From Verrucomicrobiales bacterium (GTDB taxonomy: Bacteria > Verrucomicrobiota > Verrucomicrobiia > Methylacidiphilales > JAAUTS01), in the NCBI GenBank assembly GCA_031266335.1, contig JAISBF010000088.1:1-50613 (forward strand): 50,613 nucleotides of DNA, in the 5' to 3' direction. The notes under the pieces are model-generated. The model was not told where the DNA came from. It saw only the letters and a list, made by a program, of their open reading frames with translations, and did no database searches. Positions 44,768 through 50,613 of this stretch are shown in pieces (position 1 is the first letter of the stretch; each line of letters begins with the position of its first letter). Made by a program: the position numbers and the translations under genes.

Positions 44768-46054
44768 ATGATGGCCGCTGACATTGACAATACGAAGGAC
44801 CAGCAACCGCGACTGGGCTTGCTGTGGCTAACGCGGTTGCGCTGGGTGGCGCTGGCGGGGCAACTGCTGGTCTGCGCGCTGGCGTGGCGAGTGTTGCACA
44901 TCGCCCTGCCGTTGGCGGTGCTGACGGCGGGCGTGGGCTGGATGCTGGCCAGTAATCTGGCGCTGGAGTGGTGCCGCCGCCGACGGGTACGCCTGCCGGA
45001 GGCGCGGGTGTGCGCGGCGCTGATTTTTCTGGATACGCTGATCATGACCGCGATGTTTTACTGGGCGGGCGGGGCGCGCAATCCGTTCACGGCGCTGTAT
45101 CTGATGCACATCACCCTGGCGGCGATTTTGCTGCCGCCGTGGCAAGCCTGGCTGGCCCTGGCCTGGTGCGGGCTTTGCTACGGGCTGTTGTTTTTGTCGC
45201 CGCACGCGCTGCAAAGTTCGGCGGGCGGGACGTGCTGTGTCAGCTTTGATTTTCATTTGCAGGGGATGTGGCTGGGGCTGTTGCTGACCGGCGGCTTTAT
45301 CGCGCTGTTTGTCAGCCGGCTGAGCGCGGACTCGGCCCGGCGCGAACGGGAACTGGCGCAGGCGCGGCAGTTGTCGGAACGGAGCAAACACTTCGCCTCG
45401 CTGGCGACACTGGCGGCGGGGGTGGCGCATGAATTGGCGACGCCGCTGGGCACCATCGCGGTGGTCAGTTCCGATTTCGAGCGGCAGATTTGCCGGGTGT
45501 GCCAGGATGGCGACTATCGGGCGGACGCGCGCCTGATTCGCGCGGAGGTGGAGCGCTGCCGGGAGATTTTGGAAAAACTGCGCGACCGGACGACCCAGGG
45601 CGTGGGCGAGCCGTTCGTGCCGGTGCCGCTGGCGGAGTTGCCGGCGCTGCTGGCGCCGTATTTGCAGGCGGCGCATTTGGCGCGCGTGGATTGCCGGGTG
45701 GAGGCCGGGCTGGGTGCGCTGCTGGCGCCGCGGACCGCGTTGTTGCAATCGCTGGCGGTGCTGGTGAAAAACGCCTGCGAGGCGGACCCCGGCGGCGGCC
45801 CGGTGCGCTTGCGGGTGACCGCGGCAGCGGGCGGGCGGCTGCGTTTCACGGTGAGCGACCGGGGCGTCGGCATGGACGCGGAAACGGTGGAACGCGCCTG
45901 CGAGCCGTTTTTCACCACCAAGCCGGCGGGGCAGGGGATGGGCCTGGGCTTGTTCCTGGTGCGGACTCTGGTGGCACGGGTGCATGGCGACCTGAGTATC
46001 GACTCGGCACCGGGGCGAGGCACGACGGTTAACCTGGAGATGCCGCTGACATGA
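44768..46054 (+). CDS. regB: Membrane sensor histidine kinase, RegB/PrrB-like
   Basis: Multi-TM N-terminus, H-box HELATPLGTI, and G-boxes GQGMGLGLFLV and GRGTTV. It overlaps the regA-like gene by 4 nt (ATGA). The family-level call is tentative. Confidence 0.8.
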   Translation: MMAADIDNTKDQQPRLGLLWLTRLRWVALAGQLLVCALAWRVLHIALPLAVLTAGVGWMLASNLALEWCRRRRVRLPEARVCAALIFLDTLIMTAMFYWAGGARNPFTALYLMHITLAAILLPPWQAWLALAWCGLCYGLLFLSPHALQSSAGGTCCVSFDFHLQGMWLGLLLTGGFIALFVSRLSADSARRERELAQARQLSERSKHFASLATLAAGVAHELATPLGTIAVVSSDFERQICRVCQDGDYRADARLIRAEVERCREILEKLRDRTTQGVGEPFVPVPLAELPALLAPYLQAAHLARVDCRVEAGLGALLAPRTALLQSLAVLVKNACEADPGGGPVRLRVTAAAGGRLRFTVSDRGVGMDAETVERACEPFFTTKPAGQGMGLGLFLVRTLVARVHGDLSIDSAPGRGTTVNLEMPLT

Positions 46055-46578
46055 ACACGGCGGCGCAGCGGTTATTGCTGGCGGATGACGACGCCGTCTT
46101 CCGCGAGCGGCTGGCCGTGGCGCTGGGCCGGCGCGGTTACGAGGTGCGGACGGCGGCCGACGGCGCGGCGGCGCTGCGGGTGGCGGCGGAGTTCGCGCCG
46201 CGGTTCGCGGTGGTGGACTTGAAGATGGCGAACGAGAACGGCCTGACGTTGATTCGCGAGTTGAAGGAACGGCACGCGGCGCTGCGGATCATCATGCTGA
46301 CCGGTTACGGCAGCATCGCCACGGCGCTGGAGGCGGTGCGGCTGGGCGCGGCGGATTATTTGACCAAGCCGGCGGACGTGGGGCAAATCGAGGACGCGTT
46401 GCGCGGGCGTCACGCCGGGGCCGGCTTGCGCGTGCCGAGTCTCGACCGCGTAGAGTGGGAGCATTTGCAGCGGGTGCTGGCGGATTGCGGAAATAATATC
46501 AGCCGCGCGGCGCGGGTGCTGGGCATCGACCGCCGTTCCTTGCAGCGCAAACTGGCGAAATATCCGCCGCGGCGATAG
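46051..46578 (+). CDS. regA: Response regulator, RegA/PrrA/ActR family (REC + Fis-type HTH)
   Basis: LLLADDD...VVDLKM (phospho-acceptor Asp) and LTKP. The C-terminal VEWEHLQRVLADCGNNISRAARVLGIDRRSLQRKLAK is characteristic of RegA/ActR. Confidence 0.88.
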   Translation: MNTAAQRLLLADDDAVFRERLAVALGRRGYEVRTAADGAAALRVAAEFAPRFAVVDLKMANENGLTLIRELKERHAALRIIMLTGYGSIATALEAVRLGAADYLTKPADVGQIEDALRGRHAGAGLRVPSLDRVEWEHLQRVLADCGNNISRAARVLGIDRRSLQRKLAKYPPRR

Positions 46579-46748
46579 AGAAAAACGCGCCTCATCAGCG
46601 TCAGGCGATGTTTTAACCACGGATTAAAAAAATAAAAAAAAACCTTGCGCAAGCCCGCCCGATTCCATATCGTCCCATCGTCAAATCGTCCAACCGAGTT
46701 GTCAAAACCCGCTGAAGATGAAAAAGATCAGTCATAAACCAAGTGAAT

Positions 46749-46780
46749 CGCGCTCACGCGCTCACGCGCTCACGCGCTCA
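46749..46780 (+). repeat. Octanucleotide microsatellite (CGCGCTCA)x4
   Basis: Four perfect tandem copies read directly. Intergenic. Confidence 0.85.
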
Positions 46781-46896
46781 TTATGACTACTGCCCCGACT
46801 GCTTAATTTGCCAGCCAGTTTTTACCCACTTCATTCCCCATCTGGCAGACAACCAGCCGCCAGCGTCAGCGACGCGGGATGGAGACTTTCTCACGA

Positions 46897-47148
46897 GAAA
46901 AGACCGCCTTTACACATGTAAAAACCGTTTTATCACCTGTAAACCCCATTTTGACACGTGCAAAAATCGTTTTGTCACGTGTAAAGACCGTTTTGTCATG
47001 TGCAAAAATGATTTTGTCATGTGTAAAAATCATTCTGACACGTGCAAAAACGGGTTTGACACGTGTAAAACTCATTTTGTCACGCGTAAAAATCGTCCGG
47101 TCACGTGTCAAAAGCACCTTGTCACCGATCAAAATCCCCACGTTTTCA
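46897..47148 (+). repeat. Array of about 11-12 tandem units with an exact 21-bp period, consensus GYAAAAAYCGTTTTGTCACGT
   Basis: Units lie at 46918, 46939, 46960, 46981, 47002, 47023, 47044, 47065, 47086 and 47107 (each exactly 21 nt), plus degenerate end units. The array is AT-rich and ends 45 nt upstream of the ATG at 47194. Confidence 0.85.
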
Positions 47149-47193
47149 GTCTTAACATCCTGAATATCAACAACTAACCAAGGAAAATCACAT

Positions 47194-47856
47194 ATGTCCC
47201 ACCGAAACATCCCCGCCGAACCCCACGCCCTGTTGGGCTACAGCCGGCTCATCGAAACCACCGCCCAGGCCAACCAGAAAACTGACCAATGGGATCTCGA
47301 CGCCCGGCGCATCCTCGCCCTCAAAGCCGTCAACGACCACTTGGAACTCGCCCTGCAAGCCAACGACGCCAAGGAAACCAGAAACCACTTCACCGTCGTC
47401 GCCAAGGACGAGGCCGTCAGCGCCTTGTTGGTCATCCTGCGCGGTTTCATCAACTACCTCATCGGCAAGACCGACAAAATCACCGACGAAATCCTGCAAC
47501 AACTCGGCATCCCTCCGCGCCATCACGTCAAGCACGAGCCGCTGCCCCCGCCGACCGACGCCCCAGTCGTCGTCATCCACACCGGCCACAACCACGACGC
47601 CGACTTCTACTTCTTCAACAACCAGGCCGGCCACCCCACTAAGTACTTGGCCGCCGCGAACTGCCACGCCGTATTGCTTAAATACCGGTTACAAGGCACC
47701 GACGACTGGCAACAACAGACCATCACCAGAAAACATCTAACCAAACACTTCGGCCTCGAAGCGCAAGGCAAAGCCCTGGAAGCCGTCGCCGCCTGGCTCA
47801 GCCCCACCCTCCAACCCGGCCCCTGGAGCGACCCCGAAACCGCCATCGTCACCTGA
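47194..47856 (+). CDS. Hypothetical protein (220 aa)
   Basis: AAGGA RBS 9 nt upstream. Consistent C-ending codon usage shared with the downstream autotransporter. No family recognised. Confidence 0.6.
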   Translation: MSHRNIPAEPHALLGYSRLIETTAQANQKTDQWDLDARRILALKAVNDHLELALQANDAKETRNHFTVVAKDEAVSALLVILRGFINYLIGKTDKITDEILQQLGIPPRHHVKHEPLPPPTDAPVVVIHTGHNHDADFYFFNNQAGHPTKYLAAANCHAVLLKYRLQGTDDWQQQTITRKHLTKHFGLEAQGKALEAVAAWLSPTLQPGPWSDPETAIVT

Positions 47857-47892
47857 ACCCCATTCAAACCAACCACCAACCCACCATCTACT

Positions 47893-50613
47893 ATGAAAAA
47901 AACAACCCTGCTATTAACCCTCCTCAGCGCCTCCGCGTTGAATGTCTTCGCAGACCCCAAAGTCGTCACCAGCGGCACCGAGGCCGAAGCGGACAAAACC
48001 TATACGGGCGACTCCACCTACGCCGCCCTGCAAGTCAGCGGCAGCGAGACTTGGTACAGCGGCACCCGCCTCACCCTCAGCGGCATCACCGTTAGCAACA
48101 CTGGTCGCTATGGCGCCTACGTTTATAACCAGGGCCGATTGGACTTGCACGACATCACCAGCGTCGGCGGAGCGGCGCAAAATGGTTACGCCGCGTATGC
48201 AACCGGTTCCTCCATCATGACCATCACCGGCGGCACCTTCACCTCTGACTGGCTTAGCTATGGCGTCTATTACACCGGCTCCTCAATTGGCCGAGTGGCA
48301 AACGTCCACATCAATACCACGGACCTTGCTAGCTACGGGCTCGTCGCCGCCTTGCACAGTCAGGTGGACGGTCAAAACCTCACTATCGAGACCTTCGGCA
48401 CTTCCGGTTACGGCGTCTTCTACGCCGTCGCCACCGGTGCCATCAGCGGCTTGACCGTGGTCACGCATAACATGAGTGGGTTTGGCATCGCCGTGGAAGG
48501 CAACGGCACTTTGTTGGAAGTGGAGAATTTCACCGTGCTGACCGAGGGCAATAGAGCGAAAGGCGCCGGGGTCGGTTCGTCAACTGGCGCGACATTCGGC
48601 ATCGGTGACGGCACCCTAATCCTGCGTAGCGGCACCATCGTCACTACCGGTTCCAATAGCGCCGGGGCAATGACTGCGGGCGAGGGCAGCAACGCGCTGT
48701 TCATGCGCGACATGACCATCGAAACCCACGGACAGGATGCGGCGGGAATTGTTACTAGCCAAGGCCCCAACGGCCACGACAAAACCAACACCATCGTCAT
48801 GGACGGCGGCTCTGTCTATGCGGAAAACGGCCCGGCAGTAAGGATTGGTATCATGGGCACGACCACCAATACCGACCCCGATGTCGTGGCCAGTCAGGGC
48901 GGCACCTATAATATTACCCTCACCGGCAGCGCGCAACTCAGCGGCACCTCCGCCTTTGAGATTGTCAACCGAATCACCGGCACCCTCGCCGACGGCGAGC
49001 CGTACACCGTGGACACTATGACCATCGCCAACGTCACCGTGGAAGATGGCGTCACCCTCACCGGCGACACCAACATCAAAGGCAGCAGCACCGCCACCCT
49101 CAACCTCGACGACAGCACTCTCACCGGCAACATCAATGCCATCGAGGACACCAACCTCACCCTCAGCGGCAGCCACGGCGCGACCATCACCGGCACCGTC
49201 AGCGGTAACGACAATGCCATCATCGACCTAACCGTCAGCGGCACCGGCAGCACCATCCTCGGCGACATCACCCAGAGCGGCAGCAGCGCCGTCACCGTCA
49301 TCATTGACAACAGCGCCACCGGCCAAGGCGGCTACCACGGCGGCAACCTCATCACCGGCGAAGACAGCGCGTGGACTTTCGACAAAAACAGCCACGGCAA
49401 CTACGGCAAAAACGACGGAGTATGGAACATCGGCGACTACGAAGTCATCTTCGATAACATGACCCACACCGGCACCCTCAACCTCAACGTCAACACCGAC
49501 ACCGGCGCCGGCGGCTCCATCCACGTAACCGGCACCGCTGACGGCGAAGGCACCGTCCACATCGACACCACCGGCGACGGCAAACTCAACCCCAACGACG
49601 TACTCCCCGGCATTGTCAGCGGTGAAGGCACCGAACACTGGCAATGGGATCCCATCGACTGGGGCATCGACACCATCATCAAAGACGGCGACCACTTCGT
49701 AAAATCCGGCGTCAGCCCGGCGGGCGCGGTCTTGAACAGCAGCGTGGCGATCCAACAAGCCATGTGGTTCGCGCAGCAAAACAGTTTGCTCAAGCGCATG
49801 GGCGAGTTGCGCTATGGAGCGCGGGCGTCTCGCCCGCTGGCGGACAAGGATGTCCGCGTTCCATATAACCTCATCGAAAACCTCTGGCTCAGAAGCTACG
49901 GCCAACAGCTAAACATCGGCAGCCAAGTAGCGGGCCGCGCCTACGAACAACTCATCTACGGCGTCGATCTCGGCACGGATCACAAGTTCACCATCAGCGC
50001 TGACAGTGACCTATACTTGGGCGTGTACGCCGGCTACGGCCGCAGTGACATAGACTACCGCACCCCCGGCACTGACGGTGAGATCAACAGTTACTACGGC
50101 GGCCTCTACGCCACCTGGCTCCACAGCAGCGGCTTCTATATCGACGCCACCTTCAAGGCTGCCAGTGTCAACAACGACCTGAAAGCTCCGTATGGCAACG
50201 CCCAACTCAAAGCCAGCTACAGCGACGTGAACATCGGCGGCAGCCTCGAACTCGGCAAGAAGTTCACCTTCACCGATGACTGGTTCATAGAACCTCAATT
50301 CCAAGTCAACTACCTGCACATCCTCGCCGAAGATTACACCGCCGGCCCGATGACCATCAGCACCCAAGACCTCGACGCCCTGCAACTCCGCATCGGCTCT
50401 TTGTTTGGCCGCACCCTCAAGCTCGCCAACGGCGGCGCGTTACAACCCTACGTGAAGATCAGCGGCGTCGAAACCATCAGCAGCGGCGGCACCATCAGAA
50501 ACGGCTACCAACACACCCGCGCCAACACCGACGGTGCCCGCGCCGAACTCGGCGCCGGCCTCATCTGGCAACTCGACACCAACAACCAACTCCACCTCGA
50601 CTACGAAGCCTCC
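47893..50613 (+). CDS. Autotransporter (signal peptide, beta-helical passenger, beta-barrel translocator); 3'-partial, runs off the window
   Basis: It is not in the ORF track because there is no stop in the window. Hand translation shows it open for 907 codons from the ATG at 47893. The N-terminus is MKKTTLLLTLLSASALNVFA and the passenger has Gly/Thr-rich repeats. The junction is LLKRMGELR...NLWLRSYGQQ, followed by barrel strands (YLGVYAGYGRSD, YYGGLYATW, FIEPQFQVNY). Confidence 0.85.
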   Translation, partial: MKKTTLLLTLLSASALNVFADPKVVTSGTEAEADKTYTGDSTYAALQVSGSETWYSGTRLTLSGITVSNTGRYGAYVYNQGRLDLHDITSVGGAAQNGYAAYATGSSIMTITGGTFTSDWLSYGVYYTGSSIGRVANVHINTTDLASYGLVAALHSQVDGQNLTIETFGTSGYGVFYAVATGAISGLTVVTHNMSGFGIAVEGNGTLLEVENFTVLTEGNRAKGAGVGSSTGATFGIGDGTLILRSGTIVTTGSNSAGAMTAGEGSNALFMRDMTIETHGQDAAGIVTSQGPNGHDKTNTIVMDGGSVYAENGPAVRIGIMGTTTNTDPDVVASQGGTYNITLTGSAQLSGTSAFEIVNRITGTLADGEPYTVDTMTIANVTVEDGVTLTGDTNIKGSSTATLNLDDSTLTGNINAIEDTNLTLSGSHGATITGTVSGNDNAIIDLTVSGTGSTILGDITQSGSSAVTVIIDNSATGQGGYHGGNLITGEDSAWTFDKNSHGNYGKNDGVWNIGDYEVIFDNMTHTGTLNLNVNTDTGAGGSIHVTGTADGEGTVHIDTTGDGKLNPNDVLPGIVSGEGTEHWQWDPIDWGIDTIIKDGDHFVKSGVSPAGAVLNSSVAIQQAMWFAQQNSLLKRMGELRYGARASRPLADKDVRVPYNLIENLWLRSYGQQLNIGSQVAGRAYEQLIYGVDLGTDHKFTISADSDLYLGVYAGYGRSDIDYRTPGTDGEINSYYGGLYATWLHSSGFYIDATFKAASVNNDLKAPYGNAQLKASYSDVNIGGSLELGKKFTFTDDWFIEPQFQVNYLHILAEDYTAGPMTISTQDLDALQLRIGSLFGRTLKLANGGALQPYVKISGVETISSGGTIRNGYQHTRANTDGARAELGAGLIWQLDTNNQLHLDYEAS
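49813..49865. repeat. REP-like element embedded in frame inside the autotransporter gene
   Basis: TATGGAGCGCGGGCGTCTCGCCCGCTGGCGGACAAGGATGTCCGCGTTCCATA has the same architecture as 12162-12222. It is translated as YGARASRPLADKDVRVPY. Confidence 0.75.

Noticed and set aside
46897-47148. oriC or a DnaA-box cluster, as an explanation for the 21-bp array.
   Set aside because: The units (TTTTGTCACGT) do not fit TTATNCACA well; only one unit (TTTTATCACCT) comes close. There is no dnaA, dnaN or gidA context and no adjacent AT-rich unwinding 13-mers.
46743-47177. A 144-aa ORF translating the 21-bp array as a Cys-containing heptad repeat (TCKNRFV)n.
   Set aside because: It has a GTG start inside the octamer microsatellite and no RBS. 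Its third positions are AT-rich, unlike every credible gene here. The same DNA is open in at least three frames on both strands simply because the unit lacks stops. It is better explained as a non-coding phased repeat. Translation is not strictly excluded.
1-50613. The CGCTGAC/GTCAGCG excess as a trivial consequence of codon or amino-acid usage.
   Set aside because: The word occurs on both strands and in five frame/orientation classes. It occurs in non-coding AT-rich DNA (33502, 33583). The extended 11-mer flanks are conserved regardless of frame. It is present at non-homologous positions in paralogs. A formal codon-shuffled test is still required.

Overview
This is a high-GC (roughly 63-66% by eye) bacterial chromosomal window. 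The gene content suggests a PVC-type organism, most likely Verrucomicrobiota-like: a PEP-CTERM protein, a DUF1559/H-X9-DG prepilin-like protein, an autotransporter, and a SusC/D-less CAZyme locus. That taxonomic placement is inference.

The backbone is a glycan-degradation locus built from paralog pairs:
- one GH172/DUF2961 enzyme and two tandem SASA-type O-acetylesterases;
- two roughly 690-aa proteins of unknown function;
- four giant (about 1,280-1,350 aa) secreted or lipoprotein GH42-like proteins in two families (A1, B1, A2, B2);
- a nucleoside-hydrolase-like protein and one further secreted protein.

A mosaic accessory segment of about 14.5 kb (about 20.1-34.6 kb) separates A2 from B2. 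It contains an IS630 transposase remnant and a low-GC three-gene island. Seven copies of a ~100-bp palindromic repeat follow, cutting the DNA into cassette-like units: a GlcNAc module, a methyltransferase, an esterase, an MBL hydrolase and small ORFs. A PIN toxin module closes the segment.

The 3' part of the window carries a RegB/RegA-like two-component system, a phased 21-bp repeat array, a hypothetical gene and a partial autotransporter.

The most striking signal is an 11-mer, CGCTGACSGTG (core CGCTGAC/GTCAGCG). It saturates the native high-GC DNA on both strands and in several reading frames, and it is nearly absent from the low-GC insertions.

No rRNA, tRNA or CRISPR was seen. All counts were made by eye, not computed.
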